From contig JAUSHJ010000045.1 in NCBI GenBank assembly GCA_030648615.1, forward strand, positions 25,071 through 89,070: a stretch of 64,000 bases of DNA, read 5' to 3'. A program made the position numbers and the translations under genes. The DNA comes from Candidatus Micrarchaeota archaeon. Its GTDB lineage: Archaea > Micrarchaeota > Micrarchaeia > Anstonellales > Bilamarchaeaceae. Shown piece by piece: positions 9,192-21,395 of this stretch. The notes under the pieces were generated by a model. That model worked only from the letters and a program-made list of their open reading frames with translations, made no database searches and had not been told where the DNA came from. Positions within the stretch are counted from its first letter, which is position 1. Each line of letters begins with the position of its first letter.

Positions 9192-9626
9192 TTATATCAC
9201 GCTTCTTCGTGTTTTCAAATGAATTGTCGCTTTGAACTTTTTTCTTAAAATTTCCTTTGCCGCCTTTATTCTCTCCCCTTCTTTACCTATTGCAATTCCC
9301 CTATCTTTCTCATCTATTGTAAGTACTATAGCCAAATCGCCCATAATATTCTGAACTTCCACAGATAAAATAGAAATATTATTGAACATACCTCTGACAA
9401 AAAGTTCAGGATCAGACATATCTCCAATTATAATTACTTTTCTCTTGAAGGCATCTCTCAATTTCTGCATATTACTGCCGTTTTTACCTATTGCTTTTCC
9501 TAGTTCAGCAACAGGGACAAGAAAAATAAGCAATGTAGCTGAAGGTTCATAATCAGATGGCATAACACGAGTTATGTTTTCAAAAACAGAAAACATATTT
9601 AAATCATCATTTGTAAGTTCAACCAT
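9192..9626 (-). CDS. nusA: transcription termination/antitermination factor NusA (archaeal, KH domains)
   Basis: 144 aa; two KH-like GKAIGKNGSNMQKL and IAIGKEGERIKAAKEIL motifs; position after L30e. Confidence 0.8.
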   Translation of the reverse strand: MVELTNDDLNMFSVFENITRVMPSDYEPSATLLIFLVPVAELGKAIGKNGSNMQKLRDAFKRKVIIIGDMSDPELFVRGMFNNISILSVEVQNIMGDLAIVLTIDEKDRGIAIGKEGERIKAAKEILRKKFKATIHLKTRRSVI

Positions 9627-9630
9627 AATT

Positions 9631-10224
9631 TTAACCTTTTACCTCTGTAGCTCCAGATTCTATTTTATTATTTCTATTAACATAATGTTCAAATGTTTTC
9701 CCTAAAAAAGTAACTAAACCGATGGTAATTCCACCAGCAATACCTTGAAATATCCAATGACGATGATATGTGGAAAACAATGCTGCTAAAACAGGAGCGC
9801 TAAGAATAGTTGCTACTGTAGCCTCGCATGAAATTGGAAACCATGTATTTACTCGTGATGAATGTGTGTATCCAATTTCCCTTACTTCGAATCGTTCTTG
9901 TTCCGTCAACGTTTTCTGTGGCCATTCAAATATTTCTGCTTTTATTGCATGCGCTTTAACACGCATTAATTTAGTCTCTTCAATTTTATATCTCGCAAAA
10001 ACAATTGGATGCGATAGTATTGCAAGTGTCCTGCCTTTTCTTGGATTAACATAAGTATAAGAAAAATCAGATACTTTTCCATTTCCCCTCGTATCTGGAT
10101 GAATTAAACCTTTCCCAGTATATTTTGAGACGTAAAAAGCAAATACTTTGTCAATCGCCGATTTGAAAAGAACAGCTTTACCTTGTACAACAACCATTTG
10201 TGTTAACCTTTTTTTACAATGCAA
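9631..10224 (-). CDS. hypothetical membrane-anchored protein, family X member 3 (divergent)
   Basis: 197 aa; N-terminal MVVVQGKAVLFKSAIDKVFAFYVSKYTGKG...LSHPIVFARYKIEE aligns with MVKIYGFSERVMFREVQDTVRASFKSTKGKS...LEHPVCAFRYARAE of the 15581..16183 ORF; C-terminal transmembrane region; inserted between L30e and NusA. Confidence 0.5.
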   Translation of the reverse strand: MHCKKRLTQMVVVQGKAVLFKSAIDKVFAFYVSKYTGKGLIHPDTRGNGKVSDFSYTYVNPRKGRTLAILSHPIVFARYKIEETKLMRVKAHAIKAEIFEWPQKTLTEQERFEVREIGYTHSSRVNTWFPISCEATVATILSAPVLAALFSTYHRHWIFQGIAGGITIGLVTFLGKTFEHYVNRNNKIESGATEVKG

Positions 10225-10226
10225 AA

Positions 10227-10661
10227 TTACTTTGCTTTCTTCTTTACAAGATCAAGAATGTTTGAACTTCCTTGTTCATAAATCGACAATATGCTAATTG
10301 GAAATGGTTTACCGCATATGGAACCGAGATCGATTGAACTACCTTCAAATTCAATTGTAGGTACCTCGCTCTTCAATGCCTTGAATTTTTCCATGACTCC
10401 TGAGACATTGCCAGCAACTACGAAAAGTTTTGCCTTGCCAACTGCAGCATTCTTGAGACCAATATTAGAACCAAATTCTACTTTTCCACTTTCAACTGCC
10501 AATCTGATTGCAGCACTTAGAGGATTTTCTTTTTCTTTCTTAGACTTTCTCCTTCGCACTACTTTCTTAGTTGGAGCATACTCGTCTTTTCCTGCTTCGA
10601 GTTCACTATCAGTTTCAGTACTTTCTTCTACGCCCATTTTTTCTTCTTTTTCGTCAACCAT
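10227..10661 (-). CDS. rpl30e: 50S ribosomal protein eL30 with charged N-terminal extension
   Basis: C-terminal 95 aa LSAAIRLAVESGKVEFGSNIGLKNAAVGKAKLFVVAGN is the L30e/L7Ae fold; conserved position after rpoA''. Confidence 0.8.
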   Translation of the reverse strand: MVDEKEEKMGVEESTETDSELEAGKDEYAPTKKVVRRRKSKKEKENPLSAAIRLAVESGKVEFGSNIGLKNAAVGKAKLFVVAGNVSGVMEKFKALKSEVPTIEFEGSSIDLGSICGKPFPISILSIYEQGSSNILDLVKKKAK

Positions 10662-10689
10662 AAAAATTACCCCTCATTTTTGTAAATAT

Positions 10690-11766
10690 TTACTTCTTTC
10701 CCTTTAGTATAAGCTTAATCTTACCAGTACCAACCGGAACGGTCTGACCAACTATAATATTTTCAGTTACACCGATAAGATTTTCATCTTCAGAGAACGC
10801 ACTTGCATTTATCAAATGCTTTATTGTTTCTTCGAAAGCTGCTCTTCCGAGTACACCGACTTTTTCTCCGCTTAAACCGTGTCTTCCAATTGATTTGACT
10901 TGACCAGAATAACATACTGCATCGGAAACAAGCATGATATGCCTAATGTCAACATAAAGTTTTTGCATGTCCATGACATCTTTTATTTCTTTTATGATTG
11001 CATTTCTAGCAGCTTCTATACCGAAAACTCGTTCGATTTCTTTTATGTTATTAGTATAGATTCTTTTCGGATCTACTGCTGGATTTTCCATGGCACCTAA
11101 AATATTACTTCCTGCAGCTCTTATAAAGTATTCACCGTCTCCTTTAAGTACCACTGCTCGTTCTATTCCAGGAACTCCTTTCACTATTCCGTTCTTAATT
11201 TTATTTCCGAGTCTGCGGACATTTTTAGCTGTGAACTCCAATGTCTCCTGTGGTTCGCCTTCCTTGGCAGTTTTTTTCTTCTCTTTTTTAGGAGAAATTA
11301 CTATTTTTTCTTCTCCTACTATTTTGAGATTAGCAGAAAAGTTTTCAAGAGCTTTCTTGAGTGCGTTGAAAGTAACACCTAAAGTTTTTCCATCTTTCTC
11401 ATTAAACGTAACAGTTATTGTCTTATCTGAAAGATCATCTTCTACTCTGGCGACATCTCTTACGAACACACTGGTTATTTCCAGCATTATTTTTCCAGCT
11501 TCTGCTTCACTTTTGTGAGCACTCTTGAGATAAATATCGATGACTGGTTTCTTTGGTTCTTTTTTTGAATCTACTATTTCAATTAATCTAGGAAGACCAG
11601 TTGGCACGTGCTCTGCTACACCTGCATAGTGGAATGTTCTCATTGTCATCTGTGTACCTGGTTCACCGATGCTTTGTGCTGCGATTACTCCAACTGCTTC
11701 GAACGCAGGAATAGATGCTTTCCTTAATTTTTCCATTTTGTCAGATTTATCAGATTTTTCTACCAT
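10690..11766 (-). CDS. rpoA2: DNA-directed RNA polymerase subunit A''
   Basis: 358 aa; [21 protein letters not shown] and C-terminal GQTVPVGTG motifs typical of A''. Confidence 0.9.
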   Translation of the reverse strand: MVEKSDKSDKMEKLRKASIPAFEAVGVIAAQSIGEPGTQMTMRTFHYAGVAEHVPTGLPRLIEIVDSKKEPKKPVIDIYLKSAHKSEAEAGKIMLEITSVFVRDVARVEDDLSDKTITVTFNEKDGKTLGVTFNALKKALENFSANLKIVGEEKIVISPKKEKKKTAKEGEPQETLEFTAKNVRRLGNKIKNGIVKGVPGIERAVVLKGDGEYFIRAAGSNILGAMENPAVDPKRIYTNNIKEIERVFGIEAARNAIIKEIKDVMDMQKLYVDIRHIMLVSDAVCYSGQVKSIGRHGLSGEKVGVLGRAAFEETIKHLINASAFSEDENLIGVTENIIVGQTVPVGTGKIKLILKGKK

Positions 11767-11848
11767 ATAAAAATCACCATTTTTATATATTTGTCGGCAT
11801 TTTTTCTTGACGACAAATCATAAATTTTTCACCTTGTAAATATTATTT

Positions 11849-12247
11849 TCATCTTATAACCAACTGAGCTCGCATAGAAGCTAAATACTGATCACTTTGA
11901 ACTTCGGAACGATTTACAACATAGAATGCCTGTTTCACTTCTTGTGGCAAAGATCCGACTAATCCCAAGAAACGAGACTGTGCAGTTGTAACCGCAGCAA
12001 CAAACTGTGATACTTCAGTACGAGTTTTTCTACCCTTACCCATAGATACGATATCATGTCTCAAAGCATGAAGTTGCCCAATTCTAGAAGCTAGGACAGA
12101 ATCTTCCTCTCCAGTAGCATACTTCACTTTTTTCTGTCGATCTTTCAACACAATCTCTACTGCACCAACCTGATTTGTAAATCCACGAACGTATGCTCGA
12201 GCATGATCCGGTAAAGGTTTTCCTTTGATATTAGAATGTCTTGTCAT
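11849..12247 (-). CDS. small basic hypothetical protein (MTR-start ORF 3 of 3)
   Basis: 132 aa Arg/Lys-rich ORF; only long ORF on either strand in this interval; tandem with two similar-sized ORFs between rpoA' and rpoA''. Confidence 0.4.
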   Translation of the reverse strand: MTRHSNIKGKPLPDHARAYVRGFTNQVGAVEIVLKDRQKKVKYATGEEDSVLASRIGQLHALRHDIVSMGKGRKTRTEVSQFVAAVTTAQSRFLGLVGSLPQEVKQAFYVVNRSEVQSDQYLASMRAQLVIR

Positions 12248-12268
12248 TGTATCTCCATTTAAATATTA

Positions 12269-12526
12269 TTAGTATCGTTTAGTTGGCTTTGCAACAGGAC
12301 AGATTAATGGAATTGGATACTCTCCCATTGAACCTAGCATATAGCTGCCACCAACATCGTGATAAATCGTAGGTCTTCTTCTTACGTATAATGTTGCACT
12401 TGCACATAAAATACCCTCACGTTCTACCAACGGTTCTTTTCTATGAATTACTAACCTGCTACCTCGTTGAAGCGAATAATGTCCTCTGATATTTCTTTCT
12501 TCTCTTCTTGTGAGTGTTCTTGTCAT
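12269..12526 (-). CDS. small basic hypothetical protein (MTR-start ORF 2 of 3)
   Basis: 85 aa, starts MTRTLTRREERNIRG; 13-nt spacing from upstream ORF. Confidence 0.4.
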   Translation of the reverse strand: MTRTLTRREERNIRGHYSLQRGSRLVIHRKEPLVEREGILCASATLYVRRRPTIYHDVGGSYMLGSMGEYPIPLICPVAKPTKRY

Positions 12527-12539
12527 TATTATTCACCAG

Positions 12540-12815
12540 TTATACATCAATATTTCCTTTACTAGCTGTACGTATTTCTCTAGCCCTCGCTTCGTTCCTT
12601 TCATTGGATTCTGCTACGTCTCTATCGATTCTTCGAGCATATTCTTGAAAGAACTGAACACTTGCACGAGTGTCAGCAAGTTGTTTTTCTGATGATTTGA
12701 TTTCTGGAACTTCTACTTCCAAAGGTTTACTTTTGAACGGAGGCTTTGTTGTATCTACAACGCTACCCGTCCTTCCGCTTCTACGACGTTGTGTATCAGC
12801 TCTGAATCTTGTCAT
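12540..12815 (-). CDS. small basic hypothetical protein (MTR-start ORF 1 of 3)
   Basis: 91 aa, starts MTRFRADTQRRRSGRTG; sits 76 nt after the rpoA' stop. Confidence 0.4.
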   Translation of the reverse strand: MTRFRADTQRRRSGRTGSVVDTTKPPFKSKPLEVEVPEIKSSEKQLADTRASVQFFQEYARRIDRDVAESNERNEARAREIRTASKGNIDV

Positions 12816-12891
12816 TTTTTCACCATCAAATTAAATGCCTCGAGACCCAGAACCAAAATTCGGAACTGAAGACTCGAAACTCAAAACAGAA

Positions 12892-15558
<2,667 letters not shown>

Positions 15559-15580
15559 GTTTATTACCTCGTGAATATTA

Positions 15581-16183
15581 TTATCCTGATTGAGTTCCTG
15601 CACTTGATACTCCTCGTAAATGTTCTACGTTAGATAATATTGCTTCTGAAATATCAAATTGTACAGTCAATTTAGGATCGTAAGCTTTTCTTTCGCAACG
15701 TTGTCTTGCTACGTAACCCCATACCAAAGCAATTGCTACTCCAGCTGCAGAAGCCATGAACCGAAGATTGGAAAGACTAGGTCCGAGTGTCACGAAATGC
15801 GTAGCGATATCTGCAGCAAGAATAAGCGCAGTACCACCGGTTGCAATAATAGAACCTCGCAAGTCCCCCAGATGCTGCCATGCATTGGAATATGCATTCT
15901 TTCTAGCAGTTCTAACTATTACTTCACGCGATTCCACATTCGGAGAAGTCACCGGAGTCGCAACTTTAGCTTTAGCAATATCTCGCATGTATTTTCTTTC
16001 TGCCCTTGCATACCTAAATGCACAGACTGGATGCTCGAGCATTAGACTACGTTCGCCATCCAGATATTTTCTGCTGAAAACATCAAACGCTGATTTGCCT
16101 TTCGTAGATTTGAAACTAGCTCTAACTGTATCTTGCACTTCGCGGAACATCACACGTTCACTGAAACCGTATATTTTTACCAT
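15581..16183 (-). CDS. hypothetical membrane-anchored protein, family X member 4
   Basis: 200 aa; paralog of 7947/8616/9631 ORFs (VMFREVQDTVRASF, YMRDIAKAKVATPVTSP, ARKNAYSNA); lies between rpoB' and rpoA'. Confidence 0.5.
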   Translation of the reverse strand: MVKIYGFSERVMFREVQDTVRASFKSTKGKSAFDVFSRKYLDGERSLMLEHPVCAFRYARAERKYMRDIAKAKVATPVTSPNVESREVIVRTARKNAYSNAWQHLGDLRGSIIATGGTALILAADIATHFVTLGPSLSNLRFMASAAGVAIALVWGYVARQRCERKAYDPKLTVQFDISEAILSNVEHLRGVSSAGTQSG

Positions 16184-16258
16184 GATTTTTCAACCTTCTA
16201 CCAGAGTTCTACCATCTAGCATCTACCCTCTACCCGTAGTTCTAGCTTCTAGCAATAA

Positions 16259-18103
16259 CTATCCTTTATCCCTCATCAATAATCTTGGGAATATATACAA
16301 TGATTTTATTTCATCAAGCAACAACTTGAATGCGTAACTCATTTCAACTGCATGAACATTTTCACTTTCACAAACAGGACAAACATCCTTGTTTCTTGCG
16401 TAATCATGAGTTGCAACTCCACCACATTCGTTACAAACGAGTTGTACAGTCTTGTCGCTTTCTTCAAGCAGTCTTTCCCTGATTAACATACTTGCGCCGT
16501 AACCAAGTAAACAATCACGTTCCATTTCCCCGAATCTGAGACCACCTTCTCTTGCGCGGCCTTCAGTTGGCTGATGAGTAAGTAATTGCACTGGACCTCT
16601 CGATCTTACGTGCATCTTATTGCTTGCCAAGTGATGCAATCTCTGATAGAAAACTACACCAATGAATATTTTTGCTTTTATCTGCATACCAGTAATACCA
16701 TCATATAATATTTCTTCTCCGTGTTCTTCGAAACCGTTTTTCTTTAATATGTCACGATATTCTTCTTCACGATTACCACTGAACGCAGTTCCGTTCATCA
16801 ATTTACCTACTATACTTCCTGCTTTTCCACCTAGGGTTTCAAGCAAGTGACCACATGTCATTCTGCTTGGTATTGCGTGAGGGTTAACTATCAAATCTGG
16901 CACGATACCTTGAGCAGTAAATGGTAAATCTTCCGGTTGTGCTAAAAGACCGAGTACACCTTTCTGTCCATGTCTTGATGCAAACTTATCTCCTACCTCA
17001 GGAATTTTTATCACTCTTAGTCTGACCTTAACCAATCGGTTTCCGCTTGGACCTTCTGTGATAAGAACTGAGTCGACTTTTCCTGTTTCTCCAGGTTTCA
17101 GTGCTAGTGAGCTTTCTCTTTTTTTCTCTTCAACTGAACCAAAAACAGATATTTCTTCAAGGAATCTTGGAGGTGAGGTTTTACCAACTAAAACTTCTTT
17201 TCCAAATACTTCGCTTTCTGGTAAAATTATACCATCTTCAGATAAATGTTTGTAAATCTCTTCACCACGATAGCCAGCTACTTCTGGAGTTGGTGCTTCT
17301 ATTTTATCTTTCTGACCACCAGGATAAATTCTTTCTTCTGTTTCGTATGTTTTGAGCATTGCAGTTCTGAATAAACCCCTATCAATGGCAGCACGATTAA
17401 CGACAATAGCATCTGCCATGTTGTAACCGTGATAACTAGTTAATGCAACTACACAGTTTTGACCTGCAGCTTTATTTTTAAGTTTCAAAGCGTCATACAT
17501 CTTGGTTTTTACAAGAGGTTGCTGTGGACCGTAGAGAATATATGCTCTCGTATCAAATCTAAGATTGAAATTAGATGCATATGTACCAAGACTTTGCTTA
17601 GCCATTGCGCAAGCCATGGTAATTCTCGGTGAAGAGTTATATTCTGGGTAAGGAAGAACTGATGCAACTACACCAAATATTGTTGAGGCATCGATTTCCA
17701 AATGAGTATGCTCTGGGGAAATGCTCTCTGGCTTCAGTGCCACGTAGGCATTCTCTTCCTCTTGAGCATCCAGGAATTCTATAACTCCCATTTTTATCAA
17801 ATGATGCCAATTGATTGTATTATTTTTTAATTTCTCAAGCATTTCTGAAGTAAGTCTTGCCTTTCCAGCTTCCACTACGATATAAGGTCTGCGTACTCTA
17901 CCTTTATCAGTAGTTATATGTAATTCATCAGCTTTTTCAGTATAGTAAACGTTAACCTGGTGATTGAGTTCGTTGGTTCTTCTTTTTTCTCTCAAACGAT
18001 TTGCAAGATCTCTACCATTAGCGTGAGTACCGACTAATTTCCCATTAAGATAAATTGAAGTTCGTGCATCTGCAGATCTCACTCTTCTTTTCCTTTTTGC
18101 CAT
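16259..18103 (-). CDS. rpoB1: DNA-directed RNA polymerase subunit B' (C-terminal half of split RpoB)
   Basis: 614 aa; C-terminal Zn motif CNECGGV...CPVCESE; GQKGV and NPHAIPSRMT motifs. Confidence 0.95.
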   Translation of the reverse strand: MAKRKRRVRSADARTSIYLNGKLVGTHANGRDLANRLREKRRTNELNHQVNVYYTEKADELHITTDKGRVRRPYIVVEAGKARLTSEMLEKLKNNTINWHHLIKMGVIEFLDAQEEENAYVALKPESISPEHTHLEIDASTIFGVVASVLPYPEYNSSPRITMACAMAKQSLGTYASNFNLRFDTRAYILYGPQQPLVKTKMYDALKLKNKAAGQNCVVALTSYHGYNMADAIVVNRAAIDRGLFRTAMLKTYETEERIYPGGQKDKIEAPTPEVAGYRGEEIYKHLSEDGIILPESEVFGKEVLVGKTSPPRFLEEISVFGSVEEKKRESSLALKPGETGKVDSVLITEGPSGNRLVKVRLRVIKIPEVGDKFASRHGQKGVLGLLAQPEDLPFTAQGIVPDLIVNPHAIPSRMTCGHLLETLGGKAGSIVGKLMNGTAFSGNREEEYRDILKKNGFEEHGEEILYDGITGMQIKAKIFIGVVFYQRLHHLASNKMHVRSRGPVQLLTHQPTEGRAREGGLRFGEMERDCLLGYGASMLIRERLLEESDKTVQLVCNECGGVATHDYARNKDVCPVCESENVHAVEMSYAFKLLLDEIKSLYIFPRLLMRDKG

Positions 18104-18112
18104 AAAATGAAC

Positions 18113-18175
18113 ACCTCAAACTTTGTTTGAGGACCGACAAATCGAAGTTTCGATTTGTGGTCCACAAAATGCCAC
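18113..18175. repeat. hairpin-cluster element, copy 7 (short; between the rpoB halves)
   Basis: cctcaaactttgtttgagg, caaatcgaagtttcgatttg and gtggtccac: three adjacent perfect inverted repeats. Confidence 0.6.
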
Positions 18176-18235
18176 TAGCATTTTGTAGGATTTTTGAACA
18201 ACAGTTCAATCAATCCTCATTAATGAATATTATTT

Positions 18236-18550
18236 TTATTCTAGTTTACTTCGACGCCTACTGTAAGTTATAGCAACCGGAACACGTCCAGAGCCTGGAT
18301 GAGTAATACCATCACGTACACTATGAGTTGGACCGACTACAATTCCTCCACGAATGAGACTAGTTTCTCTAGCCCGAACAAATGGATGTCCACCACCATC
18401 ACCAAATGCAGAAGCTTCTGCAAGTGGATTTTCAACCAAACCTCTTCGATTACGAACATCTGCCCTGACACCGGCATGTCTTCTGCTGGTATTGACTGGC
18501 TCTGCAGCTTGTCTTTGAATTGATCGATCTTGAGTTTTTTGTCTTGACAT
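18236..18550 (-). CDS. small Arg/Gly-rich hypothetical protein inserted between rpoB'' and rpoB'
   Basis: 104 aa from ATG 18550, 5 nt after the rpoB'' stop (the listed ORF 18236..18559 begins with a GTG codon overlapping the rpoB'' stop by 4 nt); sequence MSRQKTQDRSIQRQ...GGGHPFVRARETSLIRGGIVVGP; higher GC than surroundings. Confidence 0.4.
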   Translation of the reverse strand: MSRQKTQDRSIQRQAAEPVNTSRRHAGVRADVRNRRGLVENPLAEASAFGDGGGHPFVRARETSLIRGGIVVGPTHSVRDGITHPGSGRVPVAITYSRRRSKLE

Positions 18551-18555
18551 GAAAA

Positions 18556-20004
18556 TCACTTGACGTCAAACGCTTTGAGCAATTTATGAATTTCCTCATC
18601 ATCAATACCTGTGGAAACTTCTGCCATAACTGCAATGTTCTTTACAAGAGAACAACTTGGACCTTCTGGAGTTTCGTTCGGACATAATTTACCAAGATGA
18701 GTACCATGGAGATCTCTTGCTTTGAAGTGTGGATGCTTCTTGCTCAGTGGAGAAATAACTCTCCTCAAATGCGAAATAGTTGAAAGATAACTGACACGAT
18801 CAAGTAATTGTGAAACACCAGTTTGACCTGCAATCCAGTTACCGGTTGCCATTGCATATCTTATTCTGTCTGCCATAGCATCCTGTCTAACTAAAGTATG
18901 TACTTGCAATCTTCTTCCACGAGCATCTGCTCTTGAAGCCTGATAAACTAAATCTTTGATCAAGAATTGGAATGCATATCTAAACAACTCTTCCATCATT
19001 TCTCCGGCTAATTTCACTCGCTTATTTGCATAGTGATCTTTGTCATCAGGAGCAATTTCTTTATATGAAACTCGGGTTGCTTTTTCTGCCATCTTTATTA
19101 AAAATTTAGCTTTTTCAATTCTGTCAGCTTTTGTTACACCAACGTGAGGCAAAAGATAATTATCGATTAGGCTTTCCATCCTGTTTAATCGGAATTCTGC
19201 AGGCTGGCCTGGAGAAAGTTTTCTGCTAAGTAGATCGACTGCATCTTCTCTGACTTTACTCTCTTCTGTTTCCGTATTGAGTATCACATCGTTCTGTATG
19301 TGCTTCTGCTGAGAGAATGCTTTTGATATCTCGCTATTACTTTCGAAAGCTAAAACTCTCAAAAGTTGAAGTAATGGTATTCCTGCTGGAGCTGATGGGA
19401 ATTCTACGCTGAATGCACCATCTGCATTTCTTTCAACCACACATCTTGCTCTAAATCCATAATGAGTTGAAAATATTTTTGCCACGATACCAGATTTTTC
19501 TGTGGTTACCATCAGTTTGTTTGGTACCAAATCTTCTATGCTAACCAATACACGTTCACTTCCATTGATGATAAAATATCCACCCGGATCGTCTGGATCT
19601 TCGCCATTTTGAATAAGTTCGCTTTCACTTAAATTAGATAAATAACATAATTTTGATTTTACCATTACTGGAATTTCACCAATAAAAACATCACTGTAGG
19701 TTGGTCGTTCAACACCGTTGAAAATTGGAATTATTTCAAGAAAAACAGGTGAAGCGTAGGTAAGATTTCTTAATCGTGCTTCAGTTGGATGGATCTGCAT
19801 GTAACCACCTTTTACTTCGTAATATCGTGGCTGCTCTATCCTAACTTTTCCAAGCTTAAGTTCAAAACCTTCTACGTTAGTTTGTATTTTTCCTATATGA
19901 GTAACAACATCCTGTATCCCCTTATCAACAAATTTATTGTAGGATTCGAATTGTTGTTTTACTAAAGTATTTGCTCGATAATATGCTTCAATTAATCCAT
20001 CCAT
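18556..20004 (-). CDS. rpoB2: DNA-directed RNA polymerase subunit B'' (N-terminal half of split RpoB)
   Basis: 482 aa; rifampicin-pocket and fork-loop region motifs (GYFIINGSERV, ANKRV). Confidence 0.95.
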   Translation of the reverse strand: MDGLIEAYYRANTLVKQQFESYNKFVDKGIQDVVTHIGKIQTNVEGFELKLGKVRIEQPRYYEVKGGYMQIHPTEARLRNLTYASPVFLEIIPIFNGVERPTYSDVFIGEIPVMVKSKLCYLSNLSESELIQNGEDPDDPGGYFIINGSERVLVSIEDLVPNKLMVTTEKSGIVAKIFSTHYGFRARCVVERNADGAFSVEFPSAPAGIPLLQLLRVLAFESNSEISKAFSQQKHIQNDVILNTETEESKVREDAVDLLSRKLSPGQPAEFRLNRMESLIDNYLLPHVGVTKADRIEKAKFLIKMAEKATRVSYKEIAPDDKDHYANKRVKLAGEMMEELFRYAFQFLIKDLVYQASRADARGRRLQVHTLVRQDAMADRIRYAMATGNWIAGQTGVSQLLDRVSYLSTISHLRRVISPLSKKHPHFKARDLHGTHLGKLCPNETPEGPSCSLVKNIAVMAEVSTGIDDEEIHKLLKAFDVK

Positions 20005-20047
20005 TAATTACACCCCATTGCGATTTCCTGTGAAAAACAGTAACCGA

Positions 20048-20380
20048 TTAACCATCTATGACTAACTTATAACAGGTAGATTTGCCAGTAAGATCACTAC
20101 GATTTATTTCTACTACGTCATCTACGCTTGCCTTTAGAGCTACCATTGAACTATCAGAAACAAGTAACCTAGGAAGCTGCCATTTAGTTATATTATATTT
20201 CTTAAGAACTCGATTTTTTTCTTCTGTGGACAGAATCTTCATTTCTGGCACGAGTACATGCGAGAGAACGTCTATACCTTCGGTTTTTACTTTCTTTCTC
20301 TTAACCAACGAACCACCTATAGAATAGATATACAAACAGGCGATATGACTAGTAAACTGCAAAAAACAGAGTTCCAGCAA
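20048..20380 (-). CDS. rpoH: DNA-directed RNA polymerase subunit H (Rpb5 homolog); start uncertain
   Basis: C-terminal 75 aa HVLVPEMKILSTEEKNRVLKKYNITKWQLPRLL...YKLVIDG is canonical RpoH; the listed ORF has a ~35-aa hydrophobic N-terminal extension that may not be translated. Confidence 0.7.
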   Translation of the reverse strand: MLELCFLQFTSHIACLYIYSIGGSLVKRKKVKTEGIDVLSHVLVPEMKILSTEEKNRVLKKYNITKWQLPRLLVSDSSMVALKASVDDVVEINRSDLTGKSTCYKLVIDG

Positions 20381-20423
20381 TCGCTCTAAAGCATTATCAT
20401 AGTTTGTCTAAGAGATAATTTAG

Positions 20424-20432
20424 GAAGGAAAG
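20424..20432 (-). promoter_or_regulatory. candidate TATA box upstream of the rpoH operon
   Basis: tttaaataa ~45 nt upstream of the rpoH ORF in AT-rich intergenic DNA; archaeal TATA consensus TTTAWATA. Confidence 0.25.
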
Positions 20433-20496
20433 ATTTAAATAACATTGCTTAAAATGCTAAATTGCATATTTACAAGGTCGATAATGTTGCTAGTAA

Positions 20497-21324
20497 CTAG
20501 GAACTAATAGAGAATAACTGATTCAAACGCGCAGCTTCCAGTTGAACAGAAGTTAGTAAATTTAAAGAATCTGGAATTACTCCAGCTGCAAATTTTGTTA
20601 TATCTTCCACAGTAACGTCTCGTGCAAGTTCTTTTGTAATTTTTCCTTTCCCATTGATTTCTATAAGATCATGCGTAACGTATGTCACTCTGAACGCTCC
20701 ATGACAGTTATAACCTGCATCGATGATACGCCTAGAATAGAAACCGCTAACATCACGAACCACGGGTCTTACACCTGCACTATCAACTCGGAATAACCAT
20801 CTCTTTTTTCGATCTCTAATCCTTTGTGCTAAGCCCTGATCCATTTGTAAAGGTACTCTTGTGGCATCATCCACTATCCCACACTCGCCATTGATTTGAA
20901 TAAACGGAGTTATAACAGTAATTTGTTGTAGTTTAGCTAAGACAATTACTCTTTGGTCAGAAACTTCTAAACTTTCAGGATCGACAAATAGACCTGCATT
21001 TTCTACCCCCACTACTTCTTTAGGAACACATGAACCAGGAAATATCCATTCCTTCCGTCCATCATTTTTATGATTATCAACGATGTCTATTCCTTTCTTA
21101 AATAACGCATATCTTTCCGGGTAAACAAGAATTTCTCTTGACCAGACAGGATAAACACTCCTCATTTCTTGATATCTTTTTGACCCTACAAGATAATTAT
21201 CATGTAAAACATTGGAAGGCAATCCACCTTGAGCAGCTATAGCATTTCTGGCTTCAATAAAAGGCAGGTTCTGAGCAATTGGAACTATTCTTGGACGGAA
21301 TATAAGATTTGTCATAAATAACAC
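20497..21324 (-). CDS. hypothetical protein (275 aa)
   Basis: Long ORF with good start context; no family recognised. Confidence 0.5.
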   Translation of the reverse strand: MLFMTNLIFRPRIVPIAQNLPFIEARNAIAAQGGLPSNVLHDNYLVGSKRYQEMRSVYPVWSREILVYPERYALFKKGIDIVDNHKNDGRKEWIFPGSCVPKEVVGVENAGLFVDPESLEVSDQRVIVLAKLQQITVITPFIQINGECGIVDDATRVPLQMDQGLAQRIRDRKKRWLFRVDSAGVRPVVRDVSGFYSRRIIDAGYNCHGAFRVTYVTHDLIEINGKGKITKELARDVTVEDITKFAAGVIPDSLNLLTSVQLEAARLNQLFSISS

Positions 21325-21395
21325 TACTCAAAATATTTTAATATGTGATATGAAGGGATTAATAATGTTTGTATATGGTACTGATGCTAACGAGA

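Noticed and set aside
18236-18550. Similarity of the Arg/Gly-rich ORF (SLIRGGIVVGPTHSV) to ribosomal protein S12
   Set aside because: Only a short, weak resemblance to the S12 LIRGGRVKDLPGV segment; length and the rest of the sequence do not fit, so not called S12
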